A stretch of 32,000 nucleotides of DNA from Hyperthermus butylicus DSM 5456 (GCF_000015145.1 NC_008818.1:330001-362000); one strand, 5' to 3'; shown: positions 1-9,222, counted from the first letter of the stretch. Numbers and translations are program-made. Notes: generated from the letters alone by a model not told the origin.

Positions 1-447
1 TCCCCCGAAGGGTGGAGACAACGAATCATAAACGCCGACTCACAATGCCCCGAGGGACTCTGGTACTTCTTCGCCACAAGATTCTCCAAAGCCTACTACT
101 ATCCCGCAAGCACCTACACCGCCGAAGAAGCATTACAAGCAACAATAGCTCAGACCGGGATCCCAAGCAGAGTATACACCATGGACGACTTCCTCTACAG
201 ACTTGCACGGGCCGGTGCTCCTGCCTGCATCTCCGCAGAATGGAGAGATGCTATAACCCCAAGCTTCAAACTATACGATGTACCAGTCATAGGCGCGAGA
301 GTAACATACTATGAAGATAAGCCAGTCCGAGTAGGACTTATATTTGCAGGCTTTGGTGGCACAACATACAGTAGTGGCACAACATACCGTGAAACTATAG
401 TAAACCCGCAACAACACACATTGCAGAGCCCTATTAATGGAGAATAA
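1..447 (+). CDS. hypothetical protein, 5' end cut by window edge
   Basis: Frame 1 is open from base 1 (SPEGWRQRIINADSQCPEGLWYFF...) and continues through the ORF-track segment 181..447 to its stop. No recognisable motif. Tyr/Thr-rich. Lies in a lower-GC region. Confidence 0.4.
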   Translation, partial: SPEGWRQRIINADSQCPEGLWYFFATRFSKAYYYPASTYTAEEALQATIAQTGIPSRVYTMDDFLYRLARAGAPACISAEWRDAITPSFKLYDVPVIGARVTYYEDKPVRVGLIFAGFGGTTYSSGTTYRETIVNPQQHTLQSPINGE

Positions 448-494
448 AATCGCTCAGTATATATCCCGAGCAGAGGTACTGGCAAGGCTATATA

Positions 495-1037
495 ATGGTT
501 CCAACGATCTACTACCTTCAAGCGGATGGAGTTATAGTGGTATATGATGTTGACCGAGTCTATGACGGTGTTTGCTACTACTATCGTGTAGTGCCAGTAG
601 TAACGTTTATCCCGCTCTACATGCAATATGTAATGGTAATTAACGATGTATATCCGCTGGGAATGCCATTGGATGAGCCTCCACCGGAAAGTTTCAATGA
701 TTTACTATGGAGTCCATATGCCGTTGAAGTACTAAGTAACTATTACACATCCGCTAATGTTGGCCAAATACTCTACGAGGATGTGACTGTTGGAGGTACA
801 GTGTGGGGCGAGGTTGCTGGCGTTGGTACGAACCCACTGAAAACGTATGTTGATGTAGTGCTTAACGGCGTGTTTGGTGCTGTTGGTGAGGTTGGCACGC
901 TTACATCCATATTCTACACCATTATCAGCAACTCGATATCGCATGCAGAGTTTAATGCCGGATTTGCAGCCATAGGAGTAGATATAGTTGTTGAAACAAC
1001 AGCTTCAACATACAATCTTGCTTTATACAGTTTATAA
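495..1037 (+). CDS. hypothetical Val/Tyr-rich protein
   Basis: 180-aa ORF with ATG start and no recognisable motif. Composition suggests a beta-rich protein. About 44% GC by hand count of 481-600. Confidence 0.4.
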   Translation: MVPTIYYLQADGVIVVYDVDRVYDGVCYYYRVVPVVTFIPLYMQYVMVINDVYPLGMPLDEPPPESFNDLLWSPYAVEVLSNYYTSANVGQILYEDVTVGGTVWGEVAGVGTNPLKTYVDVVLNGVFGAVGEVGTLTSIFYTIISNSISHAEFNAGFAAIGVDIVVETTASTYNLALYSL

Positions 1038-1188
1038 GTCTACGCTGCTGGATGCTGCTACGTCGTCCTACATGCCGTTAATCGGCTACTATACTGTTGA
1101 GGTTGGCACGCCCTAAGCTCCTCCGCCGGGTGCGCAGTCGAAAAGAAGCTGTAGGAGCTCCCTGAACTCTTGTGAGGGCTTCTATACT

Positions 1189-1207
1189 GGGTTCACGTTT
1201 TTGAACC
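1189..1207 (+). terminator. candidate terminator hairpin with T-run
   Basis: GGTTCA(1189-1194)/TGAACC(1202-1207) inverted repeat. The loop contains TTTTT (1197-1201). Sits downstream of the 495..1037 ORF. Confidence 0.3.
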
Positions 1208-1298
1208 TTGAAAATCTTTCTTTATATCCCGGCTATATCTTTTGCACACGCTAGACTTTCTATGTGTGCTTCTGGTTTGCTATTCTTCTCGGGGCTGT

Positions 1299-2096
1299 GT
1301 GTTGGCTGGGGAGGACGGGTACGGGATTCCGCGTAGCCACCCGCGCTACTGGAGCCTCGTGATACGTGAGAAGCTTGTCGAGGCTTTCCGCGAGGGCATA
1401 GTTGTACCGCAGGGCCTCATAGCTCATGGTAGGGGTGAGTGCTTCGACTACCTGATAGGCGAGGAGACGCAGCCCTTCGCCCAGGAGGCTATAGAGGCTG
1501 CAGCTGCGGCGCTCCTCCTCGCGGAACACCCTGTGATATCTGTTAACGGGAACACGGCCGCCCTAGCGGCTGAGCACATGGTACGCCTCGCGGAGCTTCT
1601 CGGTGCGCCCCTGGAGGTGAACCTATTCTACCGCACCGAGGAGAGAGCGCGGAAGATAGCTGAGCTGCTAAGGAGGCATGGCGCGCGCCGCGTCCTAGGC
1701 GTCGAGGATGCCACTGCGAGGATTCCTGGGCTGCCGAGCCCGCGGGGGATGGTTAGCCCCAATGGCATCTACCGGGCCGACGTTGTCCTCGTAGCGCTCG
1801 AGGATGGCGACCGCACCGAGGCGCTCCGGAGGATGGGTAAAACCGTTATAGCAATCGACCTCAACCCGCTGAGCCGCACAGCGAGGACAGCAAACATAAC
1901 CATTGTTGACAACATCGTCCGTGCCGCGCCGAGACTCGTAGAGGCCGTGGAGAAGCTAAGGAGCAGGCCGCGGAGCGAGCTTGAACAAATACTGGCAAGA
2001 TACGACAACAACCGCGTACTCTCCAAGGCCCTCCAGCATATAGCCCAGAGGCTAATGAGGCTCGCGCAGATGGGCATAGCTATCGAAATAGGCTAA
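1299..2096 (+). CDS. archaeal phosphopantothenate synthetase (4-phosphopantoate--beta-alanine ligase, COG1701/DUF137 family)
   Basis: The N-terminal block [13 protein letters not shown]...[18 protein letters not shown] is the signature I recognise for archaeal PPS. The longest ORF starts at TTG 1242, but residues before GTG 1299 / TTG 1302 look non-native and TATA-like boxes sit at 1221-1240, so I placed the start at GTG 1299. Confidence 0.7.
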   Translation: MLAGEDGYGIPRSHPRYWSLVIREKLVEAFREGIVVPQGLIAHGRGECFDYLIGEETQPFAQEAIEAAAAALLLAEHPVISVNGNTAALAAEHMVRLAELLGAPLEVNLFYRTEERARKIAELLRRHGARRVLGVEDATARIPGLPSPRGMVSPNGIYRADVVLVALEDGDRTEALRRMGKTVIAIDLNPLSRTARTANITIVDNIVRAAPRLVEAVEKLRSRPRSELEQILARYDNNRVLSKALQHIAQRLMRLAQMGIAIEIG

Positions 2097-2400
2097 TGGG
2101 GCTCTCAGCCTGGGAGGACTACATCACAGAGCCCCGGCTCCTCCATGCTGGGCTCTCAGGGGGCTGGAACTCAGCACCGATAGTGGCTGGACGCCACGTC
2201 TAATTTTGGGTATGTATGTTATTGTTTTGTTCTTAGCTATAACCGTGTTTCTGTGTAAAGTATTTCTCTTGTCGGTCGGAAACTATCAGAGGTGGAGCCC
2301 TAACCCATATCTCCAGGGCCCAATAGATTCCACGTTGAGGGGGTTCGGGGATTACCTTTAGTCCCTCTTAGCGAGGACGTAGAGTGGGGGTAGGGCCGGT

Positions 2401-3282
2401 GTGCCTATAACGGTCGCGCTTACCCATATGAAGCTCAGACCATTAGCCAAGAAGTCTAACCTGGAGAAGGCTAGGAAGCTCGTGAGAGAGGCTGCCCTTA
2501 AGGGTGCTAAGCTCGTCGTACTGCCATCGTTTGTGAATATCGGCCATTTCTTCCTCCACTATCCGAGGACGCGCAGCCGGGCTATCACCAGGAACCAGGC
2601 TGAGCGAATCCCGGGCAATACCTTCGAATACCTCTCCATGGTTGCACTAGAGAATGGAGTCTACATAATCGCCGGCCCCATCATTGAGAGGGCTGGGCCA
2701 AAGATATTTCTCACAACAATGGTTATATCGCCGAATGGGAGCTTGATAGCCAAGTACCGGAAGGTTGCAAGCAACGGTCTTGACGAGGAGCTAGGTATTA
2801 GCCCCGGCAAGCAGACAGTCGTGATAGACGATATTGGTAGGAGTATAGGGGTCATGGCTGAGGACGACATACTTTACCCTGAGATCGCGCGAAGCCTGCT
2901 CCTCGAGGGAGCCACAGCCCTCATCGTAACGCTCCGGCCGGGGGAGGACGTGAATAGGGTTAAGCTCGCCCTCATGGCCCGAAGTATAGAGAACAATGTG
3001 CCTATACTTGCTGTTGGCTCCGTGTTTGAGGCTGCTGAGAGAGTCGTAGAGATCCCGACTATGGTTGTTGATCCACAGAACGGTATTGTGGAAGAGGTTA
3101 ACGAGCCCAACGACACCTACATACTGGTGGAGGTTATGGAGCAGCCATCCAATATCCAGGACATTGTGAGGACTAGCCTCATGGCTAAGGCGCTCGCGCC
3201 AATATACTGTAAGGCTGCCAAGGAGAGCCTCGTAGAGAATCTGGCTGGCCGTCTCAAGGCTGGTAGCAGTGGCGAAGACTGA
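2401..3282 (+). CDS. carbon-nitrogen hydrolase (nitrilase superfamily) homolog with degenerate catalytic residues
   Basis: Family-typical layout: NLEKARKLVREAALKGAKLVVLP.., YRKV (Lys present), IGVMAEDDILYPEIAR. The expected Glu is Ser (LVVLPSF, codon 2527-2529) and the expected Cys is Glu (codon 2860-2862). Confidence 0.7.
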   Translation: MPITVALTHMKLRPLAKKSNLEKARKLVREAALKGAKLVVLPSFVNIGHFFLHYPRTRSRAITRNQAERIPGNTFEYLSMVALENGVYIIAGPIIERAGPKIFLTTMVISPNGSLIAKYRKVASNGLDEELGISPGKQTVVIDDIGRSIGVMAEDDILYPEIARSLLLEGATALIVTLRPGEDVNRVKLALMARSIENNVPILAVGSVFEAAERVVEIPTMVVDPQNGIVEEVNEPNDTYILVEVMEQPSNIQDIVRTSLMAKALAPIYCKAAKESLVENLAGRLKAGSSGED

Positions 3283-3919
3283 GCCCAGCTTCGCCCTCTT
3301 TGAGCGGATGGCTGACCGATACGATACATGGTACGAGCGTAACAAGGTTATTGCGGAGAACGAGGCCCGGCTCGTGGAGGAGTTCCCAGCTAGGCCTCCA
3401 AGTGTTGAAGTAGGAGCTGGCACCGGCTACTTCGCCTCAAAGCTGGGCGTAGACGTAGCTGTAGAGCCCGCACTCTCCATGCTTACGAGGGCCTGGAGAA
3501 GGGGTGTTGAGGCTGTCCAGGCTGTGGGTGAAAACCTCCCGCTAAGGAGCGGCAGCTTCAACACCGTGTACATCATTGTTACGCTCTGCTTCCTAGATAG
3601 CCCAGAGCCCGTCGTGGAGGAGGCCGCCCGTATACTCACGCGTACTGGGAGGCTTGTATCCTGCATCGTGCCACGGGATAGTAGCTGGGGCCGCTACTAC
3701 ACCGAGCTAGGGAGGATGGGTCACCCACTCTACAGTGTAGCGAGATTCTACACTGTCGAGGAGATGAACGACCTCTTCGCAGGCGTGGGCCTAAACCCTG
3801 CGAAGATCATGGGCACATTATCGTTTAAGCCATGGGAGCCCCCGAGACCTGAAGAGCCAAGGCCCTGGAGGCCAGGAGCTGACCTGGGGTTTGTCTGTGT
3901 GGAGTACCGGTGGAGCTAG
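3269..3919 (+). CDS. class I SAM-dependent methyltransferase
   Basis: Motif I VEVGAGTGYFA, followed by a Methyltransf_11-like core. The GTG start overlaps the upstream hydrolase gene by 14 nt, suggesting an operon. Confidence 0.75.
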   Translation: MAKTEPSFALFERMADRYDTWYERNKVIAENEARLVEEFPARPPSVEVGAGTGYFASKLGVDVAVEPALSMLTRAWRRGVEAVQAVGENLPLRSGSFNTVYIIVTLCFLDSPEPVVEEAARILTRTGRLVSCIVPRDSSWGRYYTELGRMGHPLYSVARFYTVEEMNDLFAGVGLNPAKIMGTLSFKPWEPPRPEEPRPWRPGADLGFVCVEYRWS

Positions 3920-6060
3920 CTCCACCAACTATCAGGCTCCGAGGCTTCGCGGGCACCAACTGATAGTATGTCGTCAAGTATTGCTCTCAGCAGCACCGCC
4001 ACCATGCGGACACAGCTGCCGCGATCGCTGCATGATGCTGCGCCCAGAGGCACCCTTACATCGCCATCGTAGCCCAGGCCATGCACCTCACCGTAGAGTG
4101 TTGAGGTTAGCTCGTTAAAGCTTGCCCAGACCTCCCCGTGGACTAGGAGCCGGAGAGCCTCCTCCACCACGTCGCCGGGCACGCTGACGCCAAGGATTTC
4201 GCCAAGGGCATCAGCTAGGTCTACGCTGCGTTCCCCAAGGAGCTTCGCTATCTTCTCCTCGACGCTCCTCCGGTACTCTTCGAGCAGCTTTAGATCCTCA
4301 AGGCTACCCGCCCATGCCTCTACTAGGCTTATGTCTCCACCACTATAGTCTAGCACGCGGTCCCTGAGCCTTATCATGAGGGGCGAGGGGGCTATCGGGC
4401 CAACCACGACAGCCTCGCCGGTGTTCAGGCCGGGAAGGTTCTCTAGGAGGTCCTGGCTTACCTGCTCGCTAGAGTCACGTATAGCCTCCTGGTCCCGGGG
4501 GTTTACGACGCGGAGTATTATCTGGCCCTGCAGCTGGCTCAACACATCCGGGTCTATCTTGCTTGGCCTCTGGCTTATCGCAACAAGGAACACGCCGAAC
4601 TTGCGGCCCTCACTCGCAATCGTAGCCGCCACGTCGCGGCTACGGGTTTGCGCCTTGTTGCGGGGCGGCATGAAGCGGTGAGCCTCCTCCACGACGACTA
4701 CAACGGGGTACGGATAGCTCTCCCCCTCCAAACCCCTAACATACCTCATCCTAGCATTGAATATCCGGAGTAAGATGTTGTATGCTAGGTGGTCCTGCAC
4801 CTCCTCCCTCAGCCCTGCAAGGTTTACCACTGTCACAGTGCCGGGCTCGAGGAGGTAGCTCAGGGGCAGACTCTTAACGCCATAGACCCCTATGCGGCGC
4901 AGCTCCTCCAAATACCTCATGGCCCCGAAGGCTGGCTCCACGTCGCGGTTAAGGGCTAGCCATAGCCTGCGCAGAGCCCTTCCATACTCCTCCTTAGATG
5001 CATCAACCATTTGTAGCTCGGCGTCTATCTCACGTGCATCCCGGCCAGTGTGCTTCGCTGCCTGCTGGGCTATGAGCTGGTTGAAGCGGCGGGCGAATGC
5101 TTCGAGGCTTCTACCCTGCCCCCGGGCTAGTATCGCTGCGTCAGCTGCTGTCTGTACAATTCTTATGATGCCCTTTAGTCCTAGCCATCTCTTCTTGTCG
5201 CCTGTAGCCTCGGCTATGTAGTGGGAGAGCTTCTTCGCTGCGGATATAACGCTCCGTATCTTCGAGGCTTTGGGGGGTACGCGCGCAACACTCATCAGCT
5301 CCTCGGCCGTCATCTGTGCAACGCTAACCTTGTACTGTATGTCGCCCTCCTGATCCCTCCTACCCTTAACAATCCTAACCCTATCCGCGAACGCCGGGCC
5401 CAGCCGGGCTGCAGACCTCTTCATAGCAGTGTATTCTCCGTGAGGGTCGAGGACAACCACCGTGGCGCCCTTCTTGAGCAGCTCCTCTATGAGGATGACG
5501 CTAGCCCATGTTTTGCCTGCACCGGTGGCAGCTATTATGGCTACGTGCCTCTTAAGCCCCTCAACGTCGAGATATGCTGGCACCGTGGGCCTGGATATCA
5601 GCGTGCCTACGTGGAGCCTCCTCCTCTCCTCGACGGAGAAGAAGTCTTCGAGGAGACTGTCCGGCGCGAGGTAGACCCAGGACCCCACGGGCGGAGCCCT
5701 ACGGGGGAGGTATATCCTGTTCCTCCACTTGTAGCCGAGGATCCTTGCAACAGCAACCACTGTATCGCTACCGCGGGGTATACTGAGGTTTCGGAGCACT
5801 GTCCAGGGATGCTCGGGGGTTACGCCGACAGCTAGTCTGCGTATGCTTCGTATCTGTGCGAGAACCTTCACCAGTACCGATGTGTCGGAGCCCGGCGGGG
5901 TTTCAGAGACCTCGACATAAACATAATCGTAGAGCGGCGGGATATTGTTCGGGTCGACTGTAAACACAAAGTAGTCTGGCCTTGAGTCCCCAGTGACCAT
6001 ACCTATGGGCTCTATGGGCCTCTCCTTCCCCTTCAACGGGGTCTCCTCCAATCCCGTCAA
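3916..6060 (-). CDS. HerA/FtsK-like hexameric ATPase (DUF87-type) with about 130-aa C-terminal extension
   Basis: Walker A AIIAATGAGKTWA, then DPHGEY, and Walker B VVVVVEEAHRF. The N-terminal barrel-like region is PIGMVTGDS...FVFTV. TTG start at 6060, with an alternative ATG at 6000. Confidence 0.8.
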   Translation of the reverse strand: MTGLEETPLKGKERPIEPIGMVTGDSRPDYFVFTVDPNNIPPLYDYVYVEVSETPPGSDTSVLVKVLAQIRSIRRLAVGVTPEHPWTVLRNLSIPRGSDTVVAVARILGYKWRNRIYLPRRAPPVGSWVYLAPDSLLEDFFSVEERRRLHVGTLISRPTVPAYLDVEGLKRHVAIIAATGAGKTWASVILIEELLKKGATVVVLDPHGEYTAMKRSAARLGPAFADRVRIVKGRRDQEGDIQYKVSVAQMTAEELMSVARVPPKASKIRSVISAAKKLSHYIAEATGDKKRWLGLKGIIRIVQTAADAAILARGQGRSLEAFARRFNQLIAQQAAKHTGRDAREIDAELQMVDASKEEYGRALRRLWLALNRDVEPAFGAMRYLEELRRIGVYGVKSLPLSYLLEPGTVTVVNLAGLREEVQDHLAYNILLRIFNARMRYVRGLEGESYPYPVVVVVEEAHRFMPPRNKAQTRSRDVAATIASEGRKFGVFLVAISQRPSKIDPDVLSQLQGQIILRVVNPRDQEAIRDSSEQVSQDLLENLPGLNTGEAVVVGPIAPSPLMIRLRDRVLDYSGGDISLVEAWAGSLEDLKLLEEYRRSVEEKIAKLLGERSVDLADALGEILGVSVPGDVVEEALRLLVHGEVWASFNELTSTLYGEVHGLGYDGDVRVPLGAASCSDRGSCVRMVAVLLRAILDDILSVGAREASEPDSWWS

Positions 6061-6219
6061 GATGCGCTATTTACCCGCCGCCTAGCCTGTGCACCCTGTC
6101 CCAGCCCAGTATCACCGATGGTATTACCATATGTTCTTTGGAGGGGGCTCCAGGCTAAGAAATACGTAGGCTATACTCTAAACACTAGAATATCTAGGGT
6201 GTGGGGCGACACGTGAGCT

Positions 6220-7527
6220 ATGAGGAGCATAGAGGTTCACGAGGTACATATACCCCGTAGGGCACGTCTACTAGCCAAGACAGCCTCTCGCATGGCACTT
6301 TACGCTGCTGAGAGGTTCTTCAAAAGGCTCATAAAGAGGGGTGTTGATCCCGAGGAGCACGTGAAGACTATTCGCTCCGCATCGGGACACTATGCCCTCT
6401 ACATACACATGCCCTTCTGCCACAGGCCGCTCTGCACCTTTTGCTGCTTTGTCCGCTACCCCTTCCACGAGAAGAGGCACCGGGAATACATCGACGCACT
6501 ACTCCAGGAGATATCGTGGCTAGCCTCGACCGCCGAGGGAGCCCACATTGAGACACTCTATATTGGCGGGGGTACGCCCAGCATAGACGTCTACAGCCTT
6601 GCAAGGGTTATCGACGCTGTACGCGAAGCCTTTGGCGGCAAGGTGCAAGTGTCTACCGAGGCTAATCCCAGGGACCTAACCGACGAAGCGGTCTCCGTGC
6701 TGCGCAGCGCCGGCGTCTCAAGGCTGAGTATAGGGGTGCAAGCACTGGAGCAGAAGAGGCTCCTAGAGCTCGGCCGGCTAAACAATACCGTCGAGGACGT
6801 CTACCGCGCCGTGGACCTGGTTAAGGGCAAGTTTGAGACGGTAAACATCGACATTATATGGGGGATTAGGAGCGACACCCCGGCAGTTGTTGCGAGGGAG
6901 GCTGCCAGAGCTCTAAGCCTCCCAGTGGACCAGGTAACATTCTACCCCCTCATGCCCGCACCGGGGCTCCGGGAGCTGGAGAAGAAGAGACGGGAGGGAC
7001 CCTGGCACCCCCTCGAGCACCGGCTCTACGGTGTAATTCTCGGAGAGGCTCTCAGCAGGGGTTTCAGACCCGCTACGCCCTGGTGCATGGATAGGGGGTC
7101 GAGACTTATAGACGAGTACGTGGTGGACTATGATAAGTTTCTGGCGCTGGGTATTAGCGGGATAGGCCGAGTCGGCAGCTACGTCTACGTGAACACCTTT
7201 AGCCTCGAGAAGTACTCTCGACTAGTCCGCGAGAGGGGGTTCCCCACCGTTATCGGCTCCATGGTCTCAACTAATAGCGACATGCTCTACTACTCGTTTA
7301 CAGCCGCCTTCGGGCTCCGCTGGCCGCCGCCCAGGATAGACCTCTATGGGCTGCGTGGCTACCTCCTAGCATCCACCGGCTCCGCTGTGCTGAAGCTCCT
7401 TGGCGAGAGGAGGGGCAGCAACAAGATTACACAGCCTGGCAGCCTCTACCTGCTACACAGCATACAGAGAAGCATATACATGGCCGTCAACATGCTAAGA
7501 GAGTACGGCATGCAGGTACAGATCTAG
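6220..7527 (+). CDS. radical SAM protein, HemN/HemW (oxygen-independent coproporphyrinogen oxidase-like) family
   Basis: HMPFCHRPLCTFCCF cysteine cluster, LYIGGGTPS, and RLSIGVQ motifs typical of the HemN-like family. Confidence 0.75.
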   Translation: MRSIEVHEVHIPRRARLLAKTASRMALYAAERFFKRLIKRGVDPEEHVKTIRSASGHYALYIHMPFCHRPLCTFCCFVRYPFHEKRHREYIDALLQEISWLASTAEGAHIETLYIGGGTPSIDVYSLARVIDAVREAFGGKVQVSTEANPRDLTDEAVSVLRSAGVSRLSIGVQALEQKRLLELGRLNNTVEDVYRAVDLVKGKFETVNIDIIWGIRSDTPAVVAREAARALSLPVDQVTFYPLMPAPGLRELEKKRREGPWHPLEHRLYGVILGEALSRGFRPATPWCMDRGSRLIDEYVVDYDKFLALGISGIGRVGSYVYVNTFSLEKYSRLVRERGFPTVIGSMVSTNSDMLYYSFTAAFGLRWPPPRIDLYGLRGYLLASTGSAVLKLLGERRGSNKITQPGSLYLLHSIQRSIYMAVNMLREYGMQVQI

Positions 7528-8450
7528 CTCTGCCTCGCCGCAGCCCACTTTACTAGTCTAACACCCCAGCTGCGCTCCACCATGTAGGGGCCGCCTCCCT
7601 GCGCCACAGCCCTCCTCACATAACTACACACCGTACGGTCAATGTATATTCCTGCCACGATTGACGCTGACAGCCTCCAGGCTATCCTAGGGTGAAAGCT
7701 CGAGGAGGCACCGACAAGGACTATCTCAGCACTCCTTGCACTCTCGAGCAGCGGGAACAAGCTCGGGGGATCGATGAGCGCTGCACCAGAGACCACAAAC
7801 ATATCCGCATTTGCTGCCACATGCTCCAGCTCCAGGCCCCCAATAACTGGGAACCCGTCAATGGAGGCCTTCGCTACGAGCCTCCTCTCAAGCTCCGTGA
7901 CGTATACCTTGTACCCCATCTTCCTCAGCTTCCTGGCTATCGGCGCCATATAGCCCACGAGGATTACAGTGCCGCTGCCGGACTTGACCAGGTCCAGAGC
8001 ATCGAGGCCGAACTCTATGCCTGGCTCGGTAGTACACTCTATCCAGGCATTCGTAGCAGCATTAACAGCTGCCAGGGCTAGTGAGGCTGCGAGACTGTTC
8101 GCTGTTTTCTCCACTAGCCTCGCGAGCATCCGTGGCGTAGCATCCTCCAGGGCCTCCGCTAGGGGCTCATGACGCCGGCCGCTCCAGTAGGGTGCAGCAG
8201 CAACGCCACACCAACCGCCTTCGAGCTGGACATAGGCGTATTGGAACCCTATGAAGTAGTCTACAACCGGGAGCCCAGCCCAGCTGCGCAGCGAGGAGTC
8301 TAGCTCGCTCCTAAGCGCCCTCGCCAGTCTCAGCCAGTAATCCTTCTCCCCCAATCCTCCCGGACACCCCCAGGCTCGCCGCTCCAGCCTCTGGGAGACG
8401 GAGCCATACAACCCTCTGGGGGAACGGTATCTCCACACCTGCCTCATCAA
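7524..8450 (-). CDS. Rossmann-like domain protein resembling the DUF364/DUF4213 (putative metal-chelation) family
   Basis: 308-aa ORF. The central block GTVILVGYMAPIARKL..GYKVYVTE resembles the DUF364 Rossmann-like core. This assignment is from memory only. The N-terminus overlaps the upstream MscS gene. Confidence 0.45.
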   Translation of the reverse strand: MMRQVWRYRSPRGLYGSVSQRLERRAWGCPGGLGEKDYWLRLARALRSELDSSLRSWAGLPVVDYFIGFQYAYVQLEGGWCGVAAAPYWSGRRHEPLAEALEDATPRMLARLVEKTANSLAASLALAAVNAATNAWIECTTEPGIEFGLDALDLVKSGSGTVILVGYMAPIARKLRKMGYKVYVTELERRLVAKASIDGFPVIGGLELEHVAANADMFVVSGAALIDPPSLFPLLESARSAEIVLVGASSSFHPRIAWRLSASIVAGIYIDRTVCSYVRRAVAQGGGPYMVERSWGVRLVKWAAARQS

Positions 8451-9222
8451 GGGCCTTCTTGATCTTCTCCAGCAACTCCCAGCGGACGCGCAGCCACTTG
8501 GTGCTTGGAGTCCAAAATATAACCCTCAGCACCACGGCACTATCGCCCAGCTCCTCGACATAGACTACCGGCTTGGGCTCTGCTAGAACCCATGGATGAT
8601 CCTCTAGTATCCTGAATATTGTCTCACGTGCAACATCTATGTCGCTGGAGTAGCTTATGCCCACCAGGTATTCAACCCTCCGGGCCTGGTGGCTGTAAAG
8701 GTTCTTTATCACGCTACGGAATATGCTCTCGTTGGGTATCCTCACCTTGAGCCCATCAAGCGTTGTTATCCTCGTGGAGAACAGAGTGATATCCTCCACA
8801 ACCCCCATTATGCCAAGGTCAGGCAGCTCAACCATGTCCCCCGGCTTTAGCGGCTTGTCAAAGTAGAGGAATAGGCCGCTAAAGAAGTTCGAAGCCACGG
8901 TCTGGCTGGCAAAGCCCAGCGCAACACCTATCAAGCTGCCCGCAAACGCGAAACCTGTCACATCAAACCCAGCGACACCAAGGGCTATAACACCTGCCAG
9001 GGCGACCAAGAGGTAGTAAACCATCTTCGACGCTATATCCACGACAGTATGGGGAAACTGGCTAAACTCCAGCGTACGCCTAATCATCCTACGTATAAGC
9101 ATGGAGACCGCTATACCAGCAACCATAACAACCGAGAAGACAACGATCTTGTAAATATAGCTGCCCACCGTCTCCAGCAGCGCCGCCAACGACTCAGCAG
9201 CCAACCCTACACCATCCCACAA
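8311..9222 (-). CDS. small-conductance mechanosensitive channel (MscS family), paralog 1
   Basis: Three N-terminal hydrophobic helices, then the MscS core GFASQTVASNFFSGLFLYFDKPLKPGDMV...RIPNESIF and C-terminal GVEIPFPQ. Confidence 0.85.
   Translation of the reverse strand: MWDGVGLAAESLAALLETVGSYIYKIVVFSVVMVAGIAVSMLIRRMIRRTLEFSQFPHTVVDIASKMVYYLLVALAGVIALGVAGFDVTGFAFAGSLIGVALGFASQTVASNFFSGLFLYFDKPLKPGDMVELPDLGIMGVVEDITLFSTRITTLDGLKVRIPNESIFRSVIKNLYSHQARRVEYLVGISYSSDIDVARETIFRILEDHPWVLAEPKPVVYVEELGDSAVVLRVIFWTPSTKWLRVRWELLEKIKKALDEAGVEIPFPQRVVWLRLPEAGAASLGVSGRIGGEGLLAETGEGA

Noticed and set aside
887-1111. Exact 14-nt repeat TGAGGTTGGCACGC at 887-900 (inside the 495..1037 ORF) and at 1098-1111 (downstream non-coding sequence).
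   Set aside because: A few 14-mer repeats are expected by chance in 32 kb when both strands are counted. The flanks do not extend the match, so at most this is a small duplication remnant.
2098-2160. 8-bp hairpin GGGGCTCT/AGAGCCCC (2098-2105 / 2128-2135) and a 10-nt direct repeat GGGCTCTCAG (2099-2108 and 2150-2159) just after the PPS stop codon.
   Set aside because: This could be 3'-end structure of the PPS mRNA. It has no box motifs, no T-tract immediately after it, and nothing to distinguish it from chance in GC-rich sequence.
2791-3423. 210-aa minus-strand ORF, and many similar antisense ORFs in the track (for example 4376..4681, 5221..5835, 12210..12599, 13224..13679, 28060..28695).
   Set aside because: They lie entirely antisense to ORFs with clear family motifs and have Arg/Ser/Pro/Ala-rich low-complexity translations. 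This is typical of shadow ORFs on GC-rich coding strands.
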